DNA of 64,000 nucleotides from Pseudomonadota bacterium. Its GTDB lineage: Bacteria > Pseudomonadota > Gammaproteobacteria > Burkholderiales > Burkholderiaceae_C. The stretch spans positions 331 to 64,330 of the forward strand of contig JAZKDR010000019.1 of the NCBI GenBank assembly GCA_040387435.1, written 5' to 3'. This document shows positions 47,175-56,387 of the stretch, piece after piece (within the stretch, counting starts at the first letter, position 1; every line of letters begins with the position of its first letter). The translations under genes were made by a program, and so were the position numbers. The notes below the pieces were generated by a model. It was not told the DNA's origin, did no database searches, and saw only the letters and a list, made by a program, of their open reading frames with translations.

Positions 47175-48124
47175 GCTCAAGCTATCCACGGGATCTCGCA
47201 GGTTACGGCCGACATGTGCCACATGCGCAGTGGCCCGGCAAGGCACGCATCGCGGTGCAGTTCGTACTGAATTACGAAGAAGGCGGGGAGAACTCTGTGC
47301 TGCACGGCGATGCAGGATCGGAGCAGTTTCTCTCGGAGATGTTCAACCCGCCATCGTTTGCCGACCGCCACCTGAGCATGGAGAGCATTTACGAATACGG
47401 CTCGCGTGCCGGTGTCTGGCGCATCTTGCGCGAGTTCGAGAAACGCAAACTACCGCTGACGGTGTTTGGCGTCGGCATGGCCTTGCAACGCCAGCCCGAC
47501 GTGACGGCCGCCTTTGTCGAACTCGGCCATGAAATTGCCTGCCACGGCTGGCGCTGGATCAACTACCAGCAGATCGATGAAGCCACCGAGCGCGAACACA
47601 TGCGCCTGGGCCTGGACGCCATTGAGAAACTGACGGGCAACCGCCCGCTCGGCTGGTACACCGGTCGCGACAGCCCCAACACACGCCGGCTGGTCGCAGA
47701 TGACGGCCACCTGGTCTACGACAGTGATTACTACGGCGACGACCTGCCCTTCTGGACGGACGTGCAGCGCACCGACGGTGTGGTGGTGCCAAGGCTTATC
47801 GTGCCCTATGCGATGGACACCAACGACATGCGCTTCTCGCTGCCGCAGGGTTTCTCGCAGGGCGATGATTTCTTCACCTACCTGAAGGGCAGCTTTGACG
47901 CACTTTATGCGGAAGGCTCACCCGATGGCGAAGACAGGCCCAAAATGCTCAGCATAGGCATGCACTGCCGGCTGCTGGGCAGGCCCGGCCGCATCGTTGC
48001 GCTGCAGCGTTTTCTCGACCATGTCGAAAAACATTCCCACATTTGGGTATGCCGTCGTATCGAGATCGCCAGGCATTGGGAGAAAACACATCCCCCTTCA
48101 ACACCTGGCGGAGGCCGGACATGA
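47171..48124 (+). CDS. puuE: Allantoinase PuuE (polysaccharide-deacetylase fold)
   Basis: 317 aa with YPRDLAGYG...WPG.ARIAVQFVLNYEEGGENSVLHGD, the PuuE hallmark. Confidence 0.9.
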   Translation: MSSSYPRDLAGYGRHVPHAQWPGKARIAVQFVLNYEEGGENSVLHGDAGSEQFLSEMFNPPSFADRHLSMESIYEYGSRAGVWRILREFEKRKLPLTVFGVGMALQRQPDVTAAFVELGHEIACHGWRWINYQQIDEATEREHMRLGLDAIEKLTGNRPLGWYTGRDSPNTRRLVADDGHLVYDSDYYGDDLPFWTDVQRTDGVVVPRLIVPYAMDTNDMRFSLPQGFSQGDDFFTYLKGSFDALYAEGSPDGEDRPKMLSIGMHCRLLGRPGRIVALQRFLDHVEKHSHIWVCRRIEIARHWEKTHPPSTPGGGRT

Positions 48125-49905
48125 GCATCACCCTCGACCAGGTCAACCAGGCCTCTCATGCCGAAGCGCTGCAGTTGCTCGACGGCCTGTATGAACACTC
48201 GCCGTGGATTGCCGACAAGGCCTTGCACCAACGCCCCTTTGGTTCACTGGCCCAACTCAAACATGAAATGGTGCGGGTGCTCGGAGAAGCCGGCCGCGAT
48301 GCGCAGGTCGCGCTCATCCGGGTCCACCCCGAACTGGCCGGCAAGGCCATGGTCAGCCAGAGCCTGACGACGGAATCGACCCACGAGCAGAAAACCGCCG
48401 GCCTCACGCAGTGCTCGCCAGACGAGCTGGCTAAGATCCAGCGCCTGAACCGCGAATACGACGCGAAATTCGGCTTCCCTTTTGTGCTGGCTGTGCGCGG
48501 CACGCGCGGCAGCGGCCTGACCAAGCAGCAGATCATGGCCACTTTTGTGCGCCGCCTGAACAACCACCCCGACTTCGAATTGCAGGAATGCCTGCGCAAC
48601 ATTCACCGCATTGTCGAATTGCGCCTCAACGACAAGTTCGGCGTGCACCCGGACACGGGAAACGACGTGTGGGACTGGCACGAAGGCCTCGCGCAGTACA
48701 GCGACCCTGGCTACCTTGAGAAAGGCCAGCTCACGGTGACCTACCTGACGGACGCACACCGCGCCTGCGCCGCCTTCATTTCAAAGACTATGCACGAGTG
48801 CGGTTTTGATGAGGTGCGCATCGACGCCGTGGGCAATGTCGTCGGCATTTACATAGCCGAAAAAGCTGGCGCTAAAACCCTGCTCACCGGCAGCCATTAC
48901 GACACCGTGCGCAACGGCGGCAAATACGACGGCCGGCTGGGCATCTTCACACCCATGGCCTGCGTGCGCGAACTGCACCGCCAGGGCCGCCGCCTGCCCT
49001 TCAACCTGGAAGTGGTCGGCTTTGCCGAAGAAGAAGGCCAGCGTTACAAGGCGACCTTTCTCGGCTCGGGCGCACTGGTGGGCGACTTCAAACCCGAGTG
49101 GCTGGACCAGAAGGACGCTGACGGCATCACCATGCGTGACGCGATGGCCCATGCCGGCATGAACCCCGCGGACATTGCAGGCATCAAACGCGAGGCCGAC
49201 AACTATCTTGGTTTTGTCGAAGTGCACATCGAGCAGGGTCCGGTCCTCAACGAGCTGGGCTTGCCGCTCGGCATCGTGACCTCCATCAATGGCAGCGTGC
49301 GTTACCTGTGCGAGATCACCGGCGTCGCCAGCCACGCAGGCACCACACCCATGAACCGTCGGCGCGACGCGGCCAGCGCGGCCGCCGAACTGGCGCTCTA
49401 CCTCGAAAAACGCGCCGCACAGGACAGCGACTCTGTCGGCACCATGGGCATGCTGCAGGTGCCCAACGGCTCCATCAACGTGGTGCCGGGCCGTTGTCTG
49501 TTTTCACTCGACATGCGCGCGCCGCTCGACACACAGCGCGATGCCATGGCCGCCGATGTTCTCAGGGAACTGAATGCCATCTGCGAACGCCGCGGCGTGC
49601 AGCTCACACTGGAGCTGACCGAAAAGGCAGCCGCCGCGCCCAGCCACCCGGCCTGGCAGGCGCGCTGGGAAGCGGCCGTGCGTGCCCTCAACCTGCCGAT
49701 TTTTGCCATGCCCAGTGGCGCCGGCCACGACGCCATGAAGATCCACAAGATCATGCCGCAGTCCATGCTGTTTGTGCGCGGCCAGAACTCCGGCATCAGC
49801 CACAACCCGCTTGAAAGCACGACCAGCGACGACATCCAGCTCGCGGTCGATGCCTTCCGGTTTTTACTGGGCAGCCTCGCCACAGAAGTCAGCAAAGCTC
49901 AATGA
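48121..49905 (+). CDS. uraD-allC: Bifunctional OHCU decarboxylase / allantoate amidohydrolase (M20) fusion protein
   Basis: Start at the ATG at 48121 (MSITLDQVNQAS), with an ATGA overlap on puuE. The N-terminal ~175 aa are UraD-like (HPELAGK...FPFVLAVRG). The remaining ~415 aa are an M20 amidohydrolase (GSHYDTVRNGGKYDG, EEEG, HAGTTPM). Confidence 0.85.
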   Translation: MSITLDQVNQASHAEALQLLDGLYEHSPWIADKALHQRPFGSLAQLKHEMVRVLGEAGRDAQVALIRVHPELAGKAMVSQSLTTESTHEQKTAGLTQCSPDELAKIQRLNREYDAKFGFPFVLAVRGTRGSGLTKQQIMATFVRRLNNHPDFELQECLRNIHRIVELRLNDKFGVHPDTGNDVWDWHEGLAQYSDPGYLEKGQLTVTYLTDAHRACAAFISKTMHECGFDEVRIDAVGNVVGIYIAEKAGAKTLLTGSHYDTVRNGGKYDGRLGIFTPMACVRELHRQGRRLPFNLEVVGFAEEEGQRYKATFLGSGALVGDFKPEWLDQKDADGITMRDAMAHAGMNPADIAGIKREADNYLGFVEVHIEQGPVLNELGLPLGIVTSINGSVRYLCEITGVASHAGTTPMNRRRDAASAAAELALYLEKRAAQDSDSVGTMGMLQVPNGSINVVPGRCLFSLDMRAPLDTQRDAMAADVLRELNAICERRGVQLTLELTEKAAAAPSHPAWQARWEAAVRALNLPIFAMPSGAGHDAMKIHKIMPQSMLFVRGQNSGISHNPLESTTSDDIQLAVDAFRFLLGSLATEVSKAQ

Positions 49906-51137
49906 CCACCCCTTCAGATTACGACAAACTCGACAGCTGGATAGACGCGCACTTCGACGAGGAGGTGCGCTTCCTGCAGCAACTCGTCCAGGTGCCGACG
50001 GACACGCCGCCCGGCAACAACGCACCGCATGCAGACCGCACCGCAGAGTTGCTGGCCGGCTTCGGCTTCAAGGCTGAAAAGCACGCCGTGCCCGAAGCCG
50101 AGGTCAAGGCCTACGGCATGACGTCCATCACCAACCTGATCGTCAAGCGTCCTTACGCGCCAGGCGGCCGGACGATTGCCCTCAATGCACATGGCGATGT
50201 GGTGCCGCCCGGCGAAGGCTGGAGCCACGACCCCTACGGCGCAGAGATTGCAGATGGCAAGCTTTACGGCCGGGCATCAGCCGTCAGCAAATCGGATTTC
50301 GCGAGCTTCACGTTTGCCGTGCGGGCGCTGGAGTCGTTGGCCGCGCCGCTCAAGGGCGCGATCGAACTGCACTTCACCTACGACGAAGAGTTCGGCGGCG
50401 AAATGGGCCCGGGCTGGCTGCTGCGCAACAAGCTCACCAAACCCGACCTCATGATTGCGGCGGGTTTTTCATACGAAGTCGTGACAGCCCACAACGGCTG
50501 CCTGCAAATGGAGGTCACCCTGCACGGCAAGATGGCGCATGCGGCCATTCCCGAAAGCGGCATCGACGCGCTGCAGGGCGCGGTTCACGTCCTCAACGCG
50601 CTCTACGCACAAAACACGCTGTATAAAAAAGTGAGCTCGGGCGTGGCAGGCATCAACCACCCCTACCTGAATGTCGGCCGCATCGAAGGCGGCACCAACA
50701 CCAACGTGGTTCCGGGCAAGGTGAGCTTCAAGCTGGACCGCCGCATGATTCCCGAAGAAAACCCGGTGGAAGTCGAGGCCCGTATCCGCGAAGTCATCGC
50801 CTCGGCAGCTGCGGAATGTGCAGGCATCACGGTGGACATCAAACGCCTGCTGCTGGCGAATTCCATGCAGCCCCTGCCCGGCAACAAACCGCTGGTGGAC
50901 GCCATCCAGAAACACGGCGAGATATTGTTCGGCGCGCCCATCCCGGCCATGGGCACGCCGCTTTACACCGACGTGCGGCTCTACGCGGAAGCCGGCATCC
51001 CGGGCGTGATTTATGGCGCCGGCCCCCGGACCGTCCTTGAATCACATGCGAAACGTGCCGACGAGCGGCTGGAACTGGAAGACCTCAGGCGCGCCACAAA
51101 AGTGATTGCCCGCACCCTCAAAGACCTGCTGGCCTGA
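49902..51137 (+). CDS. M20-family metallohydrolase (ArgE/DapE/ACY1-like)
   Basis: 411 aa with LNAHGDVVPPGEGW, a GRASAVSKSD region and YDEEFGG. It is translationally coupled (ATGA) to the upstream fusion gene. Confidence 0.8.
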   Translation: MTTPSDYDKLDSWIDAHFDEEVRFLQQLVQVPTDTPPGNNAPHADRTAELLAGFGFKAEKHAVPEAEVKAYGMTSITNLIVKRPYAPGGRTIALNAHGDVVPPGEGWSHDPYGAEIADGKLYGRASAVSKSDFASFTFAVRALESLAAPLKGAIELHFTYDEEFGGEMGPGWLLRNKLTKPDLMIAAGFSYEVVTAHNGCLQMEVTLHGKMAHAAIPESGIDALQGAVHVLNALYAQNTLYKKVSSGVAGINHPYLNVGRIEGGTNTNVVPGKVSFKLDRRMIPEENPVEVEARIREVIASAAAECAGITVDIKRLLLANSMQPLPGNKPLVDAIQKHGEILFGAPIPAMGTPLYTDVRLYAEAGIPGVIYGAGPRTVLESHAKRADERLELEDLRRATKVIARTLKDLLA

Positions 51138-51182
51138 GGGACGTGATGACCCGCAAAAAGCACCCGCTTCGGGGGTAATCAC

Positions 51183-51220
51183 GGGGTCAAAAAACGTGTG
51201 TAGAAAGCTGACTTCACTCA
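51183..51220 (+). repeat. Partial/degenerate copy of the 3' end of the intergenic repeat family
   Basis: ggggtcaaaaaacgtgtgTAGAAAGCTGACTTCACtca resembles ggggtcaatttttgac...TGTAAAGCTGACTTTACA in copies A-C. Confidence 0.4.
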
Positions 51221-51286
51221 AAATAGGACGGCTTGGACGCCGACCTGTGCCGTATTACACGGCAAGCCCCTCTTTCAGAGAGGTTT

Positions 51287-51302
51287 TGGCACTGTTTTTG
51301 CT
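51287..51302 (+). promoter_or_regulatory. sigma54 (-24/-12) promoter of the NMT1-type ABC transporter operon
   Basis: TGGCAC-tgttt-TTGCT matches the TGGCAC-N5-TTGCW consensus exactly, including GG-N10-GC spacing. It lies 63 nt upstream of the ATG at 51365. Confidence 0.7.
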
Positions 51303-51364
51303 AGGTTTCACTTGTCCCTCCGGGGTTTATCAACGTCGATTTTTTCCTCCATCAGAGAGTCCTC

Positions 51365-52420
51365 ATGACCAAGACCACCGCATCCCCCTTTTCGCTGCTG
51401 CCTCTGGCCGCCAAGGTCGCCGGCGCATTCGTCGTCGCTGCCGCCTTCACCACGGCCCATGCGCAAAACACGCCCATCAAGTTCCAGCTCGACTGGCGCT
51501 TTGAAGGCCCCGCCGCGCTGTTCCTGACGCCGGTCGCCAAAGGCTATTTCAAGGACAACAAGCTCGACGTCACGGTGGATGCCGGCAACGGCTCCGGCGG
51601 CGCCGTCACGCGTGTGGCGTCCGGCACCTATGACATGGGTTTTGCCGACCTCGCGGCCCTGATGGAATTCCACGCCAACAACCCCGATGCGCCCAACAAG
51701 CCCGTCGCCGTGATGATGGTCTACAACAACACGCCCGCCTCCGTGATGGCGCTGAAGAAGTCCGGCATCACCAAGCCGTCCGACCTCAACGGCAAGAAGA
51801 TGGGGGCACCGGTGTTCGACGCCGGTCGCCGCGCTTTCCCGATCTTCGCCAAGGCCAACAAGATTTCCGGCTTCACCTGGACGGCCATGGACCCCCCGCT
51901 GCGCGAAACCATGCTGGCCCGCGGTGACATCGACGCCATCACCGGTTTCACCTTCACCTCGCTCCTCAACCTCGAAGCCCGCGGCGTCAAGGCCGAAGAC
52001 GTCGTGGTGCTGCCTTATGCAGACTTCGGCGTGAAGCACTACGGCAATGCCGTCATCGTGTCGCCCAAGCTCATCAAGGAAAATCCGGCCGCCATCAAGG
52101 CCTTCCTGCTGGCCTTCACCAAGGGCATGAAGGACGTCGTGACCGACCCGGCTGCCGTTATCGCCTACGTGAAAGAGCGTGACGGCATCATCAACGTGCC
52201 GCTCGAGACCCGCCGCCTGAAGCTGGCCATCGACACCGTCATCAACAGCCCTGATGCCCGCGCGGAAGGTTTTGGCCAGGTCAAGGGTCCGCGCCTGTCG
52301 CTCATGGCCTCGGAAGTGTCGGACGCCTTCAACACCAAGACCCGCGTGAACCCTGAAGCAGTCTGGAACGGTACCTTCCTGCCAACGACAGCCCAGCTCA
52401 ACGTCCTGCCAAAAAAATAA
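51365..52420 (+). CDS. ABC transporter substrate-binding protein, NMT1/THI5-like (NitT/TauT family)
   Basis: 351 aa with a signal peptide then IKFQLDWRFEGPAALFLTPVAKGYFKD, typical of NMT1-like SBPs. Confidence 0.85.
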   Translation: MTKTTASPFSLLPLAAKVAGAFVVAAAFTTAHAQNTPIKFQLDWRFEGPAALFLTPVAKGYFKDNKLDVTVDAGNGSGGAVTRVASGTYDMGFADLAALMEFHANNPDAPNKPVAVMMVYNNTPASVMALKKSGITKPSDLNGKKMGAPVFDAGRRAFPIFAKANKISGFTWTAMDPPLRETMLARGDIDAITGFTFTSLLNLEARGVKAEDVVVLPYADFGVKHYGNAVIVSPKLIKENPAAIKAFLLAFTKGMKDVVTDPAAVIAYVKERDGIINVPLETRRLKLAIDTVINSPDARAEGFGQVKGPRLSLMASEVSDAFNTKTRVNPEAVWNGTFLPTTAQLNVLPKK

Positions 52421-52454
52421 GCCGGGACATTTCACCTCTTCAGCCCCCCACTTC

Positions 52455-53282
52455 ATGACTACCCCCACTGACCTGCCGCTGTTCGTCGATTTTTCCGACG
52501 TCTGGCTCGCCTACAACGAAGAGCTGCTCGCGCAGCAGAAATTTGCGGTCGAAGCCATCGACATGAAAGTCCGGCAAGGCGAATTCATCGCCATCGTCGG
52601 GCCTTCAGGTTGCGGCAAGTCAACCTTCATGAAGCTGGCCACGGGCCTGAAGATGCCATCCAGGGGCCACATCATCATCGACGGGCGCGAAGTCAACGGC
52701 CCGCTCAAGATATCGGGCATGGCTTTCCAGGCCCCGTCGCTGCTGCCCTGGCGCACGACGCTGGACAACGTGCTGTTGCCGCTGGAAATCGTGGAACCCT
52801 ACCGCAGCAGTTTTCGCGAGAAGAAAAAGGAATACGCCGAGCGTGCCCGCAAACTTTTGCAGAGCGTCGGCCTGGGCGGCTACGAGGACAAGTTTCCCTG
52901 GCAGCTGTCGGGCGGCATGCAGCAGCGAGCCAGCATTTGCCGTGCGCTTATCCATGAACCCAAGATGCTGCTGCTGGACGAGCCCTTCGGCGCGCTGGAC
53001 GCCTTCACGCGTGAAGAACTCTGGTGCACGCTGCGCGACCTCTGGACGGTGCAGAAATTCAACGTCATCCTGGTCACGCACGACCTGCGCGAATCGGTCT
53101 TCCTGGCCGACACCGTGTATGTCATGAGCAAGAGCCCTGGCCGCTTCGTCGTCAAACGCCAGATCGAGTTGCCGCGCCCGCGTGACCTGGAAGTCACTTA
53201 CACCAAAGAATTCAGCGACATCGTGCATGAACTGCGGGGCCATATAGGCGCCATACGCCAGACCACTGCCGTACCAGCCTGA
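52455..53282 (+). CDS. ABC transporter ATP-binding protein (NitT/TauT family)
   Basis: 275 aa with Walker A GPSGCGKST, signature LSGGMQQR and Walker B LLLDEP. Confidence 0.92.
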   Translation: MTTPTDLPLFVDFSDVWLAYNEELLAQQKFAVEAIDMKVRQGEFIAIVGPSGCGKSTFMKLATGLKMPSRGHIIIDGREVNGPLKISGMAFQAPSLLPWRTTLDNVLLPLEIVEPYRSSFREKKKEYAERARKLLQSVGLGGYEDKFPWQLSGGMQQRASICRALIHEPKMLLLDEPFGALDAFTREELWCTLRDLWTVQKFNVILVTHDLRESVFLADTVYVMSKSPGRFVVKRQIELPRPRDLEVTYTKEFSDIVHELRGHIGAIRQTTAVPA

Positions 53283-53293
53283 AGAGCCTTCAC

Positions 53294-54061
53294 ATGAACA
53301 AAAAACAACTCGAACGCTGGGCGCCCTGGGCATTGCTGGTCGCCGTCATCGCCATCTGGCAATTCATCTGCGCGGCTTTCAGCGTCTCCGAATTCATCTT
53401 CCCCAGCCCATGGCGCATTGCCGAGCAGACCTGGGAGTTCAAATGGGTGATCCTGGGCCACGCCTGGCGCACGTACTGGGTCACCATGGCCGGCTTCGGC
53501 CTGGCCATCGTGATCGGGGTCATGCTGGGCTTTGTGGTGGGCTCGTCCCGCCTGGCTTATGCCGCCGTTTACCCCTTGATGACAGCCTTCAACGCCCTGC
53601 CCAAGGCGGCGTTTGTGCCCATTCTGGTGGTCTGGTTCGGCATCGGCATCGGTCCGGCCATCCTGACGGCTTTCCTGATCTCCTTCTTTCCCATCATGGT
53701 CAACATCGCCACCGGCCTGGCGACGCTGGAACCTGAACTCGAAGACGTGTTGCGCGTGCTGGGCGCCAAACGCTGGGACGTGCTCATCAAGGTGGGCCTG
53801 CCACGCTCGATGCCCTACTTTTACGGCTCGCTGAAGGTCGCCATCACGCTGGCGTTCGTCGGCACCACCGTGTCGGAGATGACGGCTGCCAATGAAGGTA
53901 TCGGCTACCTGCTGATCTCTGCAGGTTCTGCGATGCAGATGGGTCTGGCGTTCAGCGGTCTGGTCGTCGTGGGCGCCATGGCTATGGTGATGTACGAGCT
54001 CTTCAGCTACATCGAGAAGAACACCACCGCCTGGGCCCACCGCGGTTCGCAGGGCGAGTGA
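53294..54061 (+). CDS. ABC transporter permease (NitT/TauT family)
   Basis: 255 aa with about six TM segments and an EAA-like loop (LEDVLRVLGAKRWDVLIKVGLP). Confidence 0.9.
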   Translation: MNKKQLERWAPWALLVAVIAIWQFICAAFSVSEFIFPSPWRIAEQTWEFKWVILGHAWRTYWVTMAGFGLAIVIGVMLGFVVGSSRLAYAAVYPLMTAFNALPKAAFVPILVVWFGIGIGPAILTAFLISFFPIMVNIATGLATLEPELEDVLRVLGAKRWDVLIKVGLPRSMPYFYGSLKVAITLAFVGTTVSEMTAANEGIGYLLISAGSAMQMGLAFSGLVVVGAMAMVMYELFSYIEKNTTAWAHRGSQGE

Positions 54062-54128
54062 TCGGGCCAGGTGACCGCATCAACCGCATAAACCGCGCCA
54101 ACTGCATCGCTGCACCACAAGCACTGAC

Positions 54129-54159
54129 AAAAAAAGCGGCCTTTGAGGCCGCTTTTTTT
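54129..54159. terminator. Bidirectional rho-independent terminator
   Basis: aaaaaaa-gcggcc-tttga-ggccgc-ttttttt between the convergent permease (+) and Rieske oxygenase (-) genes. Confidence 0.75.
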
Positions 54160-54170
54160 ATGCCTGATTT

Positions 54171-55214
54171 CTAGCCGTGGATTTCCGATTCGCCGCTTCG
54201 GGCCAGCATCTCCATCAGCTTGCGCCGTATCAGGATGCCAGGCCTGTCCGAGTCCATTGAAAACTCGACGCCCCGCCGGCGCAGGTCGACCACGGCATCG
54301 GGGTCTGTGGATTCCAGGATGTCCTTGTCCTCGCGCGTGATCTCCGCATCGAAGTCGATCAGCATCTGCGCCGGGCAATCGGCTTCGGTGTCATTGCGAA
54401 ACAGCCACTGGCACAGCTGCATGTTGCCGTCGTCTATGGGCGTGAAGCAGTTGATGATGATGTGCCGTATGCCCGAGGGGTACTCGATGTCCAGCCGACG
54501 CGAGAAGGGCAGGAAATAGGCGTTGCGCATGTGGCGCGTGGTGATGGGCTCACGCACACCGCTGATGCGCTGGTAGCGCTCGGGGTTGGCCGCATCGATC
54601 ACGGTTTCCGCATAAAAGCCGGTGTCGTTTTCAACCAGTTCGTACTTGCTCGGTTTGGGACTGGCGGCCACACCAAAAGTGGCGCGATGCACAAAGCTGA
54701 AATGCGAGTTGTCGAATGAGTTCTCCAGCGCACGCATCGGGCTGGTCTGCCAGCGCTCGTAAAACTGGAAGATGGTGCGGTAGGCCGGGTCCGAAAATTC
54801 CGGAATGTCGGGGATGTCCGCTATCGGCTCTTCCAGTGCGACCCATGCGTAACCGTAACGTGCCATGCAGTGGTAGGACGTCGTCTTGTAGTCCGGCATG
54901 ATGGTCCTGCCGGCCTCGTATTGCGGAATCACAACGACCTGCCCACTGCGGTCATAGGTCCAGCCGTGGTAGCCGCACTGGATGCGGCCCTGCCCGCAAG
55001 CCTTGCCCTCCGTGTCGACACACCAGCCTTTGGAAAGACGGGCCGTGCGGTGGCAACAACGGTCGCGCAGTGCTGCGGGCTGCCCGTCGGCATCAAGGAA
55101 CAGTACGATGTTTTCACCGAGCAGGGTGAAGGGTTTGGGCCCCGCAGACAGGTCGGCCAGCGGCATGACGGCGTGCCAGTGTTTGCGAAGTACGGGTTGT
55201 TGGGTTACCAGCAT
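54171..55214 (-). CDS. Rieske [2Fe-2S] non-heme-iron oxygenase alpha subunit-like protein
   Basis: Start trimmed to the ATG at 55214 (MLVTQQPVLRKHWHAV). Rieske motif CCHRTARL...CGYHGWTY with a C-terminal catalytic domain. No reductase or ferredoxin gene is adjacent. Confidence 0.85.
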   Translation of the reverse strand: MLVTQQPVLRKHWHAVMPLADLSAGPKPFTLLGENIVLFLDADGQPAALRDRCCHRTARLSKGWCVDTEGKACGQGRIQCGYHGWTYDRSGQVVVIPQYEAGRTIMPDYKTTSYHCMARYGYAWVALEEPIADIPDIPEFSDPAYRTIFQFYERWQTSPMRALENSFDNSHFSFVHRATFGVAASPKPSKYELVENDTGFYAETVIDAANPERYQRISGVREPITTRHMRNAYFLPFSRRLDIEYPSGIRHIIINCFTPIDDGNMQLCQWLFRNDTEADCPAQMLIDFDAEITREDKDILESTDPDAVVDLRRRGVEFSMDSDRPGILIRRKLMEMLARSGESEIHG

Positions 55215-55239
55215 TGAAGCGCTCCTTGAGTGGAAATAA

Positions 55240-55295
55240 CAGGAGCAATTTCCGGCCGGCACTGTGCTTGTGCCGGCTGAACGCTTCTACTCCGC
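55240..55295 (-). promoter_or_regulatory. Structured leader copy 1, candidate NMT1-motif (xanthine/urate) riboswitch
   Basis: RNA sense: GGAG-UAGAAGCGUUCA-GCCGGCAC(aagcaca)GUGCCGGC-CGGAAAUUG-CUCC. The loop sequences are identical in all three copies while the helices differ but stay paired. Followed by AUUUCCACUCAAGGAGCGCUUCAAUG. Confidence 0.6.
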
Positions 55296-55333
55296 GGGGG
55301 GATTTTAACAATGAACATAAAAAATAGATGTCG

Positions 55334-56365
55334 TCAGTTTGAGGCGTGGGTTTTGAGATGCATGGCACGCAGGTGTTCACCCACCGTGCACGACTCAAAA
55401 GCCGATACGCCATCGGTGAGGCAGGTGGCCACCGGCTGCACCAGCGCCTCGTAATCGGGGTTGTAGAAAAAAGGGATGGAGTGCCTGGGTTTGCCGCCGC
55501 TGAACACATTGCGCACGCGGTGTGGATTGGAGTGGTAACGCCCATTGGTCCAGCGCGGAATCATGTCACCCAGATTGACCACCAGGCTTGCGGGAATGGG
55601 CGGTGCCGGGACCCAGCTCCCGTCAGGCATGCTGACCTCCAGCCCGCCATGGCTGTCCTGCGCAAGGATGGTGATGGCGCCCCAGTCTGTGTGCGCGCCC
55701 GCACCAAAGGTCTTGCCATCGGCATTCACGGGTTGTGGCGGGTAACGCAGGAAACGCAGCGTCACCATGGGTGAGTCATGCATGCCGTCGAAGTAGTCTT
55801 CCGGCAAGTCAAGGGACAAGGCCATCAGCTGCATCAGGCGCACCGCAAGCCGGGACATCAGCGCTATGTAGGACGACGAATTTTCCGCGAGTCCCGGCAA
55901 CCCATCCGGCCACTGGTTCATGCCGTAGGTGTGGTGCTTGCGAACGACGTAGGGGTGATGGGCCGGGTAGTCGATGCCGCAGTAAAAACTTTCCTTGAGG
56001 TCGGGCAGCGCATCGGCGTCGAGCGTTTGTGCACCCAGCGCCTCGTAGCCCCTTGAGCAGGAGGAGTGCCTGGTGGCAACAGCATCCTTAAGGTCTGCGG
56101 AGAGATCGAACAGCTGCGCCACCCCCTTGAACTGGCGGTCGATCACATCCTGGGCGATGCCATGGTGGGTGACATAGAAAAACCCAGCGGCTTGCGCAGC
56201 AGCACGCATGCCTGCTGCCACTTCTGCGCAGCGCGGCCCGCCGGGTTCCAGTGCGTCCGACAAGTCAATGACGGGAATTTTCAGGTCACTTCCGCTATCG
56301 GATAAGGCGACGGCGGATGGTGTTCGATTGAAAACAGGCTTTGTGGCCTGGGTGGCGGTCAGCAT
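55334..56365 (-). CDS. 2-oxoglutarate/Fe(II)-dependent oxygenase (isopenicillin-N-synthase-like family)
   Basis: 343 aa with an N-terminal DIOX_N-like IPVIDLS...GFFYVTHHGI and a C-terminal H.D...H facial triad region (GAHTDWGAITIL ... HRV). Confidence 0.82.
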   Translation of the reverse strand: MLTATQATKPVFNRTPSAVALSDSGSDLKIPVIDLSDALEPGGPRCAEVAAGMRAAAQAAGFFYVTHHGIAQDVIDRQFKGVAQLFDLSADLKDAVATRHSSCSRGYEALGAQTLDADALPDLKESFYCGIDYPAHHPYVVRKHHTYGMNQWPDGLPGLAENSSSYIALMSRLAVRLMQLMALSLDLPEDYFDGMHDSPMVTLRFLRYPPQPVNADGKTFGAGAHTDWGAITILAQDSHGGLEVSMPDGSWVPAPPIPASLVVNLGDMIPRWTNGRYHSNPHRVRNVFSGGKPRHSIPFFYNPDYEALVQPVATCLTDGVSAFESCTVGEHLRAMHLKTHASN

Positions 56366-56387
56366 GAAGCGCTCCTTGAGTGGAAAT

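Noticed and set aside
51197-51220. GTAGAAAGCTGACTTCAC upstream of the first NMT1-type SBP looked at first like the riboswitch 5' loop GUAGAAGCGUUCA.
   Set aside because: There is no matching CGGAAAUUG strand and no flanking complementary helices. The sequence aligns better with the terminal palindrome of the intergenic repeat family, so I recorded it as a partial repeat.
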